Assembly: GCA_963782915.1 (NCBI GenBank)
Contig: CAWALK010000018.1
Coordinates: forward strand, 192,001 to 256,000
Direction of reading: 5' to 3'
From: an uncultured archaeon
GTDB taxonomy: Archaea; Thermoproteota; Bathyarchaeia; Bathyarchaeales; Bathycorpusculaceae
Length of the DNA: 64,000 bases
Numbering within the stretch: position 1 is the stretch's first letter; every line of letters starts with the position of its first letter. Shown one piece after another: positions 19,769-30,448 of this stretch. The notes under the pieces are model-generated. The model was not told where the DNA came from, did not search any database, and was given only the letters and a program-made list of their open reading frames with translations. Made by a program: the position numbers and the translations under genes.

Positions 19769-20530
19769 ATGCCCAAAACAGCCAATGTACCCACCGCTCA
19801 ACTTGGCGAGGAACCGTATGCTTCGGTCGTGTGCTATCCAAGGGCAAACCCTGCTGAAATGCAGATTCGCATAGAAGAACTCCAAAAGCTCGGTGTGGAA
19901 TCCATAGAGTTCTGTGGTAAAACCTCAGCTTTCCAATTGTCGGTTCTGGGCAAAGGCTATGTCGGCGTAGTCGTAGCGGCGCATGTAGGCTGCGAAACTT
20001 ATGCGTTGAAGATGAAGAGGGTGGATGCGGACAGGGAAAGCTTGGAACGCGAAGCAGAACTCCTTACTAAAGCGAATAGTGTGGGTGTGGGGGCGAAATT
20101 TTTGGCTGTAACCAAACATTTTTTGCTGATGCAGCTCATCGACGGCGACTTGCTTGAGGTTTGGCTCCGAACCCACAAAACCAAAGAAGCCATCCGCAAG
20201 GTTTTAGCGGACATTTTGGAGCAGTGCTGGCGCCTAGACACAATCAGCTTAGACCATGGTGAACTCAGCAAAGCACCCAAACACCTCCTCCTCAACAGCT
20301 CGGACAAGCCATATATCGTTGATTTTGAAACCGCCAGCACGCAACGCAACGCCTCAAACGTCACCTCCGTTTGCCAGTACCTCTATCAAGGCAACAGCGA
20401 TGTAGGCAAAGCAATCGCCCAAATCATAGGCGAAAGAAACAGAACTGAACTGGTTGCGGCTCTGAGGAAATATAGGAAAGAGAGAAACCGTGGAAGCTTT
20501 GAGGAGTTACTAAAGCGCTGCCTTGAATAG
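19769..20530 (+). CDS. Archaeal RIO/Bud32-like Ser/Thr kinase
   Basis: LGKGYVGVV, ALK, DHGELS, IVDFETAS. Confidence 0.85.
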   Translation: MPKTANVPTAQLGEEPYASVVCYPRANPAEMQIRIEELQKLGVESIEFCGKTSAFQLSVLGKGYVGVVVAAHVGCETYALKMKRVDADRESLEREAELLTKANSVGVGAKFLAVTKHFLLMQLIDGDLLEVWLRTHKTKEAIRKVLADILEQCWRLDTISLDHGELSKAPKHLLLNSSDKPYIVDFETASTQRNASNVTSVCQYLYQGNSDVGKAIAQIIGERNRTELVAALRKYRKERNRGSFEELLKRCLE

Positions 20531-20570
20531 GTATTAGCTTAAATATTTAGAGCGCTCAAATTGGGTTTTT

Positions 20571-20879
20571 ATGAGCGCTGTAGCTTTCGACGGAAAGAAG
20601 GTTGTACTGAGACAGGAGCGTTGGCGACATATCATTTTAAGGCACCCTGAGCTGAAGAACGCCGCTGAATCGATTCTAGAGGTGGTTGCCCATCCTGACG
20701 AAGTCTACGTTGACCCAACGGGGGCTTTTCATGCGTTAAAACATGTTACGGGTGTTTCAGATTTTCTAGTTGTCATCTACAGCGTCGAAGATGAAGGTTA
20801 TATAAGAACCGCATACTATACGAGTACGATAAGGAAAACGAGGAGGTATAGGGCATTCAGAAAGTTAAAACCATCTTAG
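20571..20879 (+). CDS. Putative RNase toxin (PBECR2/DUF4258-like)
   Basis: ERWRHIILRHPEL...PDEVY...IRTAY; upstream of DUF2283. Confidence 0.7.
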   Translation: MSAVAFDGKKVVLRQERWRHIILRHPELKNAAESILEVVAHPDEVYVDPTGAFHALKHVTGVSDFLVVIYSVEDEGYIRTAYYTSTIRKTRRYRAFRKLKPS

Positions 20880-20896
20880 ACATTGATGTTCGAAGA

Positions 20897-21109
20897 GTGC
20901 TCGAGCAACTGGAAGCCAAGTATGGTTTAAAGTTACCTCGTACAGTAATTACCATAGACTACGACGAAGATGTCGGCGACCTCTACATACGATTCAAAAA
21001 CGCAGATACCACAGAAGGCGAGCCGACAAGCGATGGAAAAGCAATAGTTCATTATGATAAAAAGGGCAAAATCGCCGCGATAGAAATCACGGATTTAGCT
21101 GAGTTTTAA
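20897..21109 (+). CDS. DUF2283-family antitoxin
   Basis: DYDEDVGDLYIRF...YDKKGKIAAIEI. Confidence 0.8.
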   Translation: MLEQLEAKYGLKLPRTVITIDYDEDVGDLYIRFKNADTTEGEPTSDGKAIVHYDKKGKIAAIEITDLAEF

Positions 21110-22193
21110 GCGACGACTTCGTGTAGCCGCTTCTGTTTCACTGCTTCTTTAAGTTCCAATGCGATGCGTCTGCCCATGTACATGTTCTCGCCATATCTTA
21201 AGGTAAGCGTATGGTGATGTGCCGATGCCGACGTTTGTGCCTGCGACGATGCGAGCTGAGATTTCGAAGGTGTAGATTTTGAGGTCGTCGGTGATGACTG
21301 TTTCGAGGCAGAAGGGTCCGATGATTCCTGGCGGCGCTAATTCGCGGGCTTTTTTGTGGACGTTTTCGCCCATGCGCATGATTTCGGGCAGGAGTGATTC
21401 GCGTAGGACTATGGGGAAGTTGCCTACGACTGTGTATGTTGGGATGACGTCGATTTCGAGTTGTTCTTGGGCGGGGATTTTGCCGATGCTGTCTACGGCG
21501 GATTCGTATCGGCGGTCCATGGCGAGCAGTTCTACGTCGTTGTTTAGGATGCTGCTGAAGTAGCTTGGGTAAACGTTAACGCCTAATGCGTATTCTTGCA
21601 GGTGGATTTTGTCGATGTCTTCTTTGGTTAGCATGCCGCGTTTTATCATTTCTTCGGCTTTTTTGTAGAAGCCTTTTGGCGAGTTTGCGAGGAAGTAGCC
21701 TCTGCCGCCTTTGGCGCCTTGGAGTTTTGCGATGACTAAGCGGTCGATGTCATCGGGGGTTTTGAATGTGGCTGGGAGGCGCAGTCCTGCTTGGCGTAGC
21801 CATTCTTCTTGGGATTTGCGGTTGGCTTCCCAGTTGAGTAGTTGGCGGTTACCCATCATGGGCACGTTGAGGCTGTCGGTTAGTTGTTCGGTGCTTAGGT
21901 AAGCTGTGAAGGAGCCGTGCGGAATCAAAACCACGTTAAGTTTGCGCAAGCCGCTCCTGCATGCTCTCACTGAGCAATTCAGTGAAATCTTTAACGATAA
22001 TTAATTCGTCAACCAGCGGATACTTCTGGTACATGATTGCGTCTTTTTCTTTACAGATGCAGACGGTACGGAAACCCTCTTCTTTGGCGCCCTTGAAAAT
22101 GTTAAGTGAGCTATGGGAGCCCAAAGTGCCGATTGCCAGCTTTGAGTGGTCATATTTCTCGATTATTTTTCCGACGGCTGCACTGTCAATCAT
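21106..22193 (-). CDS. purP: FAICAR synthetase PurP, frameshifted
   Basis: TLGSHSSL, IPHGSF, GAKGGRGYF, GPFCLE, FEISARIVAGTN. Confidence 0.9.
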
Positions 22194-22194
22194 A

Positions 22195-23296
22195 CTAAGT
22201 TACCACGTCAAGCAGTTTCCGTTTCCGTATTGCCCGTTTAATTTCCATAGCGACACGCTTGCCTGGGCCAACTTCCACGCCGTACTTGTATTTCATGTAG
22301 GGCGAGGTTGGTTCGACACAGGGGCAGCCTGGAACACGTGGGCTAACATCGAAAACACGGAACTCTAAGTCTTTGGTTACTGCGCCTTGCAGGGCGAATA
22401 AGCCGATCATGCCTGGCGCGAACTCTTTTTTGCAGATGTGTACCCAGCGTTCTGCGGCTTCAAAGATTTTTTCCAGCTGGCTTTCCCGCATGGTTACGCC
22501 CATGTGGCCGATTTCGATGTTCTGGGTTGCAACGTTAAGTTCAAGTTGTTCCCGTGCTGGCAAGTCGAGGACGCCGTCGAGGTCTGTTTGGATGCGGCGA
22601 TCAAAGCCCAAGAGGTCGATGTCGTCGTTTAGGGGTGAGTAGAAGTAGTTTGCGTTGAATTTCGCGCCTAAAACGTATTCTTCGATGACTGAGGTTTCGA
22701 GTGCTTCGCGGGTGATGATGCCTGCTTTGATGCGTTTTTCTGCTTCCCGCTCATACTCTTCAGGAGCTGGAGGCGTAGAAGAAGGCGCGCTCGATTGTTC
22801 TGCCTTTTTCGGGTACTTTGACGATTACTGGGCAGTTGATTTCTTTGGGTGATTTGAAGGCTTTGGGAATTGCTATGCCTGCTTCTTTGAGGAGCCAGAG
22901 TTGGTTTTTGGGTGTGTTGCGTTCTTCGGTTCTTAGGAGGTTGCGGCTGCCCATTAGGGGTACAGTGAAGTTTTGTTCGATGGCATCGTAGCCTGCGTAG
23001 ACGCTGAAAGATCGGTTGGGCACAAAAACCGTGTTTAGGTCGGTTAGTTGCTTGACGGTTTCGGGTTTTGTGATGTCTGAGAATTGGTCGAGGAAGATGA
23101 ATTCGTCGAATATGTTGCGGTAGTATCTTGCGTAGGTTTTTTCTCTGCCGTTTTGGCATACCACGACGGTTTTGAAGCCTTCCTGTTTAGCGCCTGACGC
23201 AATCTCCAACGCGGAATGTGACCCTAAAACGCCAATGTGGATTTTTTCGGGGTCATAACTCATTAGGACTTGTTTGATTTTATCTTGCATATTCAT
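22195..23296 (-). CDS. purP: PurP paralog (second ATP-grasp copy), frameshifted
   Basis: LGSHSALE, VPNRSF, ERAFF, DRRIQTDLDG, FDVSPRVPG. Confidence 0.85.
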
Positions 23297-24354
23297 GCTT
23301 TTTCACCCATAAACTCTTTGTAATCATCAATAACTTGCGGCAGCTTCGGTGTGTCGAAGAGTTGTCTTGCCGCTCATTTCGTTGGCTACTGCCATGTACA
23401 TTTGGCTGATGACTGTTTTAAGTTTAGGATCCAATTTCGGTGGCTTGGATTTGCACAGGGCCTTCCAGTCTTGGATGCCTTTGGCTTCAGCTTCTTTCTT
23501 AGCTTGTTCCAAGTCAGTGTACCAACTGGTTTTTTTGTAGTATTGGCGGGCAACTTCTTTGCTCACGTGCACTCCGCCGAATGTGAAGCGGCATTCATCC
23601 AAGTGTGCCTAAGACGTCGACGAGCATGAGTTTTCTTTTGTCGTCGAAGGCTAATTCGATTTTGCCGTCTTCATTTTTTAAGCCTGCGTTTGAGGCGGCT
23701 TTGGTGATTGTTTGGTCTGCTTTTAGCAGGACCGCTTTGACATCGACTAATTCGGCGTCGGTTAAACCTGCGATTTTTTGAGCTTCAGTCCATGTGACGT
23801 AGCGGTCGGTTTCTTCAAGCTTTGTGCTGACGTCAAAGATGGGTTTGGATAGGGTTTCGCCTGGTTGTGGCTGGTGATCTAAACCGAGGTCTGCTAAGGT
23901 AACTTTGCCTTGTGCTAAGCGTTTGAATACGGAGGAGCCTTCGGGTAGGCCGTTGCGGTAGATGATTTCGAGTGGGATGAGGCAGTTTTTGAGTGAGGGT
24001 GTATATTGGCTGTAGTCGTGGATTATTTTGTTGTTGACTACGCTTGTGTTTGGCTTGTAAACGTTGACTAATGAGACTTCCATGATGCTGGAGGGTTCCT
24101 TGAGTTCAGCAACTCGGAGGGCTTTGCCTTTATGCATCGACTAAGCCGCGGTAGTGGGTTTTAACGCCCAGCTTCTCAAGTTGCTCAAAGCAGTATGCAC
24201 CCATCAAACACAGGGCGGCGCCTTTGCCTTCAATGTGATCGGGCATTTCTCCCCAATCAAAAACGCTGTAACGATCAGAAAACAGGAATCGCCCTGTTCC
24301 CATAGCATTCTGGGTTGGTTTCTGGATTACTTGTAAATCTTTTACGCTGCCCAT
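23293..24354 (-). CDS. purC: SAICAR synthetase (long archaeal type), frameshifted
   Basis: [45 protein letters not shown]. Confidence 0.9.
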
Positions 24355-24482
24355 CGTGATTGCCTCAGTTGCCTGTGAATATTTGTTTTTGTACTTATAT
24401 CGCTTTATCCTGCTAAAAAAGCGAATTCCCTCACAACAAAAGAGTTGCTAGTAGCAAAAGTTATTTATCCATAACAAAGCGG

Positions 24483-25694
24483 ATGGGCTACTATAATCAT
24501 GAGCCAATTTGGGGCGGGGAAAACATGGTGGCGCAAGAACAACTGCAAACTGCACAAACAAGATTCGTTAACTCACCAGTGACTTCGTTGGAACTAGCGC
24601 CTAAGCGATGGTTCTGCACTGGCTTAGAAGTTTCGGGGCGCACTATTAGACAAGAATCTGAATCGCCCACCAATTTTATGGAAATACTAAATCGTTCAGT
24701 GATCACTTGGATTGACTATATCACTGATGATCCCGTAAAGGATCTGCCGGTTGTAGCTGCACAGATGGGTTTTAGCGAATCATTTATCTCGAATTTATCT
24801 TGTTGTGATCAGCTAAATTATTCAGATTTTGATAATGAAATGTGGTTGACTTTTCCCACCATTCAAATCAGGGGAACCGATGTAAAAGCGTACTCAATGA
24901 TCGTTTTGATTAGAAAAAACCTCATTGTTACATTTCATATTCGTTTGGTTGATAAAAGATTTCTGAGGCTTAGAAGATACTCGGAGACAATTCTACGAAA
25001 AATCCCCACCGACATTAAACCGGAAGATAGACTCACGATTCTACTTTCCCGCATTTTGGAAGCTAACAATGACAGCAACTTTAGGCACTTACGGATAATC
25101 GAAGAATTTGGAGACGAACTGAACAAGGACTTGATGGATAAAGACTGCGATAAATCCGTTTTGGGTCCAAAAATCTATGAAATGAAGCATGCACTCATCA
25201 TCTACCTTAATGCACTTTGGGAAAGTGTAGATGTACTACAAGCAATCCGCAATGGCGATGCCGAACTTCTTACAGATGACCCTAAACTTGTGAACATGGT
25301 CGGCGCTATGGTGGAACAGGTCAAGAATCAAATTGGATTGTCCGAGCACATGTCCGAGGTGTTAGCGTCAGGAATAGAAGCCACCCAAGCAATCTATAAC
25401 AACCAATTGACCATAGCAAACAATCAGTTGACTATTTCAAACAATCGACTAACAGTGCTAAACAACAGGTTTGCGAAACTAGTTGCTTACCTAACATTGA
25501 TTGGGACAGTGCTATTAATACCCAACACTATGGCCACCATGCTTGGTAACTCTGTTTGGGTTTTTGGGCCAGAATCTATGGGTGTATACTTAACGCTTTT
25601 TATTGGAGCTACGGTGGTTGGCACAATAGTGATGTGGTATTGGATGAAGAAATCTGGTTTGCTAGATGAAACCCCAACACAAGAGAGCAAATAG
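24483..25694 (+). CDS. corA: CorA/ZntB-family divalent cation transporter, atypical signature
   Basis: Large soluble domain, long stalk helix, two C-terminal TMs; MLGNS in place of YGMN. Confidence 0.8.
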   Translation: MGYYNHEPIWGGENMVAQEQLQTAQTRFVNSPVTSLELAPKRWFCTGLEVSGRTIRQESESPTNFMEILNRSVITWIDYITDDPVKDLPVVAAQMGFSESFISNLSCCDQLNYSDFDNEMWLTFPTIQIRGTDVKAYSMIVLIRKNLIVTFHIRLVDKRFLRLRRYSETILRKIPTDIKPEDRLTILLSRILEANNDSNFRHLRIIEEFGDELNKDLMDKDCDKSVLGPKIYEMKHALIIYLNALWESVDVLQAIRNGDAELLTDDPKLVNMVGAMVEQVKNQIGLSEHMSEVLASGIEATQAIYNNQLTIANNQLTISNNRLTVLNNRFAKLVAYLTLIGTVLLIPNTMATMLGNSVWVFGPESMGVYLTLFIGATVVGTIVMWYWMKKSGLLDETPTQESK

Positions 25695-25749
25695 GGCGAG
25701 GGTTCTGGAAATTACAAATTAATTATACGCCAAGGGAATACTAGGAAGG

Positions 25750-26365
25750 TGTGCCTTAGCGTTTTTTTTGTCTATCCTTGTTAGCGGTTGCTTTAGTTTT
25801 CGCTTCTCCAACTACCAAAGCAACAGAAGCAAGTGGCATAATCAAGTTTAATACTGCTTGGAGCTGGTGACGTTTTAACCGAATTGTATATGACATCGGG
25901 TTAGTGGCCTACCTTAGTGAGTATATAAAGAAAGCCCTCTCCGTTTTCCTCATACCAAGCATGGGTTTACCAGATACTTTTCAGTCTTAGTGCAATTTCT
26001 ATTTCAGCACAGACCAAAAACGCCAGTCAACTAAGTAAGCAGCCAAGACACCATATACACCAAGACAGACAGTCCCCACACGTTTACTGGCGCAGTCGGC
26101 GTCGCTGAGAGTGTTATTTTAAGGATTGAAACAAGAGACCGTAGACCTTGGCACTTATTATTTGGAAGTAAGGGCAACCTAAATGCGGAGGGCAAAGCCA
26201 ATGCGACACTTACACCCTTAGCCATAGACTCTATAACTGCCAATCAGGCGGCCAAACAATCAGGATATCGCTCAATGGAACCGGTGTATTTACTACGGTG
26301 GGAGGCATTGGGGTTTTGTTGGTTGGCATTCTTGTGAGGATGAATAGAAAAAACCAAAGACCCTG
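25750..26365 (+). pseudogene. Decayed remnant of a secreted beta-helix-type protein
   Basis: Broken frames give a signal-peptide-like start and DTIYTKTDSPHTFTGAVGVAESVILRIE; many stops and shifts. Confidence 0.4.
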
Positions 26366-26434
26366 AGATATCATCTTTTAAAGTGACTCTTAAAAGGGAA
26401 ATCACATATTCTATAACAGGTAGGACTGTTTTTT

Positions 26435-26926
26435 ATGGCTGATACAAAAACCATGCCACAGGAAGTACTAGAAGATTACATAGCGGAATTTCTCTTACAA
26501 AACAATATGTGTGTGTTGGCGACTTGTAGTGAAGATATTCCTCGTGCGACACCGATTGAATACCGCAGCAAAGGGACCGCTCTATATTTTGTTGGCGAAC
26601 AAGGCATAAAACTCAAGAATATAGCAAACAATCCCAACGTCAGCATAGGCATCTATTTTCCCTACACGGGAATGGCCAGCGCCAAAGGAGCACAAATCAC
26701 AGGAAAAGCCACAATAATACAAAGAGACACTGGAGAATTCAAAGATGGCTTGGAGGCTTACCAGTGGGAAAAAACCGCCAAAGAATTTGATTTGCAAGAG
26801 TTTCCCAAATCTTTGGAGCTAATTCGTGTTGACCCATCAAAAGTGGAATTAACGGATATGTCTCTAAAGAAAAAAGGTTACAGTCCACGCCAAATATGGA
26901 GTTTAGACAGGTCAAAAGATGATTAA
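26435..26926 (+). CDS. Pyridoxamine 5'-phosphate oxidase-like FMN-binding protein
   Basis: CVLAT, PRATPIEY, KLKNIANNPNVSI, GAQITGKA. Confidence 0.85.
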   Translation: MADTKTMPQEVLEDYIAEFLLQNNMCVLATCSEDIPRATPIEYRSKGTALYFVGEQGIKLKNIANNPNVSIGIYFPYTGMASAKGAQITGKATIIQRDTGEFKDGLEAYQWEKTAKEFDLQEFPKSLELIRVDPSKVELTDMSLKKKGYSPRQIWSLDRSKDD

Positions 26927-26972
26927 ATGGTTATAAGATAGGCTGAGATTTAGTTCTAAGCGAGGTTTTTTG

Positions 26973-27176
26973 ATGAAAGTTAAGATACGTGAGAATGGCC
27001 CTATTATGCTTGAAACAAAAGGGGAAGCAAAACTCACACAGAATGGAGAGGAAAAAACAGTCTCAGCTCCGATGGTGGCGCTGTGTCGCTGTGGGCAGAG
27101 CAAGAACATGCCCTTCTGTGATGGTGCACATGCTAAAGCCAACTTTAAGGCGCCCGCAGCCGAATTAGATCTCTAA
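26973..27176 (+). CDS. CDGSH-type 2Fe-2S protein
   Basis: ALCRCGQSKNMPFCDGAH. Confidence 0.9.
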   Translation: MKVKIRENGPIMLETKGEAKLTQNGEEKTVSAPMVALCRCGQSKNMPFCDGAHAKANFKAPAAELDL

Positions 27177-27364
27177 TCCGACTAAGGTTGCACTTTTTAT
27201 TTTCGGGCTAGAACAGCGAGATCATAAGGCGTCTGCGAAATATTCGGAAAACCGAAAACTGCTTATATACTACTGCCTCAGATGAAAGGTTAGTGGAAAC
27301 AATGTTTCCATGTCCGAAAGTAATCACATTCTTCGAATCAAAAGAACTTTAGAGGTAGAAAGAA

Positions 27365-27532
27365 ATGACAAGTAAAAAATCAAAAAGCCCTGAATTAACT
27401 CACAAAACAGACTATACCAAATTTAAACCCAAAGAAGCAGCCAAAAAGAAATATCAAAACACCAAAAGAGTTGACACATTTTCCCCCGTTTCAAATGAAG
27501 AGGAAACCCAAAAACCAGCTAAGCACAGCTAA
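27365..27532 (+). CDS. 55-aa Lys-rich hypothetical protein (not in ORF track)
   Basis: GAGGT RBS; MTSKKSKSPELTHKTDYTKFKPKEAAKKKY... Confidence 0.4.
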   Translation: MTSKKSKSPELTHKTDYTKFKPKEAAKKKYQNTKRVDTFSPVSNEEETQKPAKHS

Positions 27533-27842
27533 TAGTTGATGTATCCTTTTCTTTGAATTTACTGATAAGATGTGGCTAACTGGGCGGTAATCCTCCCCCA
27601 AAACAAGATGCAGACGAGGGTTTACTTGAACCTGTTAACAGTCGTAGACTTTCAGAACAGTTTTTAGCCTAACTACTTGCAGTTCCGAAAACTTTTCATT
27701 TCCTAATTCGGACAATCAAGCTCATTGTTCAGAATTCCGATAGCCAACTTCAGTGCTAATTCCAGATTGTATTGTGCTATCATTTGATTGATTTGTCGTT
27801 CAATGCAAGTTTAGCAATTGCTAGTTCAACCGCTGATTTAAT

Positions 27843-27920
27843 CTATATATAAGGGAGGGGGTCGTTGGCAGAGCAACAGAAGTTGCCTATTTATTCTTTA
27901 AATAAGGGAGGGGTAGGTAC
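27843..27920 (+). repeat. Dispersed bipartite G-rich repeat, copy B
   Basis: CTATATATAAGGGAGGGGGTCGTTGGCAGAGCAACAGAAG...TTTAAATAAGGGAGGGGTAGGTAC. Confidence 0.8.
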
Positions 27921-28002
27921 CTCTGAGGTAGGTAGATCCTGTCTTTTTCCTTTTTCATAGGGGATAGGGAGTCACTTCAAAGCAACAAACCCCAAACAGC
28001 AA

Positions 28003-28482
28003 CTATTTGAGTTTCTTAATGGATTCGTTGGCTTTCTCTAAGTCTTTACGCTTAGAATCCTGATAAGCCTTAACATTAGCCAATAACTCTGCGTTTTCAA
28101 GCGCCAATATTTTTGCGGTTGCAATCGCTGCCCCTTCAGGCTCAATCGTCACAACACTGCCAATCCCGCTTGGGACACGCAATGAAGAGTAAATGTCTGC
28201 TCCGCCAAATTTATCGCTGTAAGGTGGACAAGCAATAACGGGCTTCGCCGTGTTTCCGTCCATAAACGCGCTTAACGCATTTGAGCGACCAGCAATAGTG
28301 ACATAAACAACTTTTTGGTCTTCGAATTCTTTGAGGATTTCCAGCACAGCCAAAGGCGTCTTATGCGCAGAAGCCACCCGAAACTCATAGTCAACACCCA
28401 AAAGTTTGAGGTACTTTGCGATTTCCCGCGAAAAATCCAAATCCCGCTCGGAACCCATAACAATGATTGCCTTGCCAGCCAT
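28003..28482 (-). CDS. purE: AIR carboxylase PurE, class II-like
   Basis: MGSERD, SAHKTP, AGRSNAL, PVIACPP, SSLRVPSG. Confidence 0.9.
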   Translation of the reverse strand: MAGKAIIVMGSERDLDFSREIAKYLKLLGVDYEFRVASAHKTPLAVLEILKEFEDQKVVYVTIAGRSNALSAFMDGNTAKPVIACPPYSDKFGGADIYSSLRVPSGIGSVVTIEPEGAAIATAKILALENAELLANVKAYQDSKRKDLEKANESIKKLK

Positions 28483-28612
28483 AACTATCACAGCTTAAGC
28501 TAACTGATAAGTGGCTAATTAATTTTTAATCCTAACTATTCTGTTGCTGCAGCGTTACAGTCACACTTGCTTATCAGCTTACACGCCACAAAAGTACTGG
28601 TAGGGAAACGTT

Positions 28613-29098
28613 ATGGCTCAGGAAAGTTTCAAGCAACCAAAAGAAGCACAATTACTAAAACAACTCATCGGCGAATGGCTAGTCGGCATCGCCATGAAAA
28701 CCCCCGACGAAAAAGTGGTGGCTGGCTGCGGCGAAATGACAGCAGTCGAAACCGAATCGGGCATAAACTCGGAAATCAACACAGAAATCGAAGACTATGA
28801 AGACTACTATGAAAACGACCTCTGGAGCTTTGACCCAACCAAAAACGAAGTGCACCTATTCAGAACGACATCAGAAGGCCAAATCCATGACCATGTTGGA
28901 AAATGGAAAGACGAAACCACACTCGAATTGAAATGGCAGGGAACCTTTGAGGATCAAGAACAAGAAAAACACATCATCGCCAAATGGGTAACCAAAGACC
29001 AGATTGAACTAAGAGAAACCAACTATTCACACGGCAAACAAATACTCGAAACCGACTACGTGTTCAAAAGAAAAGAAGAAGCTAACCAAGCAGATTAA
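28613..29098 (+). CDS. DUF1579-like beta-barrel protein
   Basis: LKQLIGEW N-terminus; lipocalin-like strand pattern. Confidence 0.55.
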   Translation: MAQESFKQPKEAQLLKQLIGEWLVGIAMKTPDEKVVAGCGEMTAVETESGINSEINTEIEDYEDYYENDLWSFDPTKNEVHLFRTTSEGQIHDHVGKWKDETTLELKWQGTFEDQEQEKHIIAKWVTKDQIELRETNYSHGKQILETDYVFKRKEEANQAD

Positions 29099-29567
29099 GC
29101 AAAATATTAGTCAAATTCTTTGCAGCCACCTGCAATTCAGGGCTCAACTCCTCCCCGAACCCCATAATTTTAGGCTCAACCAGAAGCAACCTGATTTTTG
29201 CGCCAGTAGACTTCTCCACATATTCACAGAACAACCGCAGCGGCAGCATGTGCGAAGAGATTGCGGAAAACGCTGCAACCTCATTCAACTTTACAAGGCT
29301 AGCTTCCCCAGGTTTACATCCCAAAACTGCAGCATCAATCAGAAGCACATGAGAAGGCTTGAACTCCTCAATATCAAGCAGGTAACCTTCAGGAACCATC
29401 TCACACTCCAAAAGACAAACACTATCAGGAACTTTACCATGCATGCCCTCAAGGATTTTTAAACCGACATTGTCATCTTGGCGAATTGGGTTCCCAACGC
29501 CAACTACTACAACCCGTTTTTTGCCTTGGAACCAATCGTTTAGGTCCTTCTCAATGCTGCTATTCAT
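29082..29567 (-). CDS. [NiFe]-hydrogenase maturation protease (HycI-like)
   Basis: VGVGNPIRQDDNVG, LIDAA, SSHMLPL. Confidence 0.9.
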   Translation of the reverse strand: MNSSIEKDLNDWFQGKKRVVVVGVGNPIRQDDNVGLKILEGMHGKVPDSVCLLECEMVPEGYLLDIEEFKPSHVLLIDAAVLGCKPGEASLVKLNEVAAFSAISSHMLPLRLFCEYVEKSTGAKIRLLLVEPKIMGFGEELSPELQVAAKNLTNILLNLLG

Positions 29568-29709
29568 TTTATAACCAATGAAAAGGTCGTTTGAAGCTAG
29601 AAAAAGCTTACCATACAAAAAGGTTCTACTCTTTTACCGCAATAACTAAAAGCACAATACCGTGTAATTGTGATTGACCAATAAAGATAGGTGATTTATC
29701 CTGACGAAA

Positions 29710-29922
29710 GTGGTAACAGTTCGAGTCCCAGAATTCTTATCAGAAAAAGATGTAAGAATAGCTGCAGCAGTGGAAGCCTTCAGGAAGGGTTCAATAAGTG
29801 TTGGGAAAGCAGCTGAAATCGCTGAAGTTCCAATCCAAGAGTTTCTAGTCGAGCTAAAGACAAGAGGCGTAAAAGCGTATTCTTACTCAGACAAGGAAGC
29901 TCTCAAGGAGCTCATGTTTTGA
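29710..29922 (+). CDS. UPF0175-family antitoxin
   Basis: ISVGKAAEIAE...F...L..RGV. Confidence 0.85.
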   Translation: MVTVRVPEFLSEKDVRIAAAVEAFRKGSISVGKAAEIAEVPIQEFLVELKTRGVKAYSYSDKEALKELMF

Positions 29923-30415
29923 GCAAAGCCGTTCTTAACTCATCTGTTATAATAGCATTAAGCAACACTGGTTACCTCAAAAACATCAAAAAGCATTATT
30001 TGCAGAAACCCTGATAGCTAAAGCTGTCTACCAGGAAATCTGCCTTGCAGGAAAAGGACTTGCTGGCTCAAACGAACTCGAAGAAGCAGTCAACAAACAC
30101 AGCATAGAAGTAAAGGAACCAAAAAACACCGTTCTCGTTACCGCTCTACTGGATCCATTAGCTATAGGGGAAGCAGAAACAATTACTTTAGCCATAGAAA
30201 TGCATGCAGACGTGATAGTGCTCGATGATAAAGCTGCTCGACGGAAAGCCAAAGCATTAAAGTTAAACATGATTGGAACCTTGAGAATCTTGCGAATGCT
30301 CTATGATGCTAAAATTATTGACAAAACAGAACTTATAAAATCGTTAACCGTATTGCGAGAAACCGGTTTTAGAATAAGCGATGAAGTCATAAACAGAGTA
30401 ACAAAAGAACTCTAA
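29919..30415 (+). CDS. DUF3368-type PIN toxin (frameshift near 30000)
   Basis: MSKAVLNSSVIIAL, GEAETI, LDDKAAR, IGTL, GFRIS. Confidence 0.85.
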
Positions 30416-30448
30416 AACAAAAAAGAAAAAACCCAAAAAAGGGTTTAG

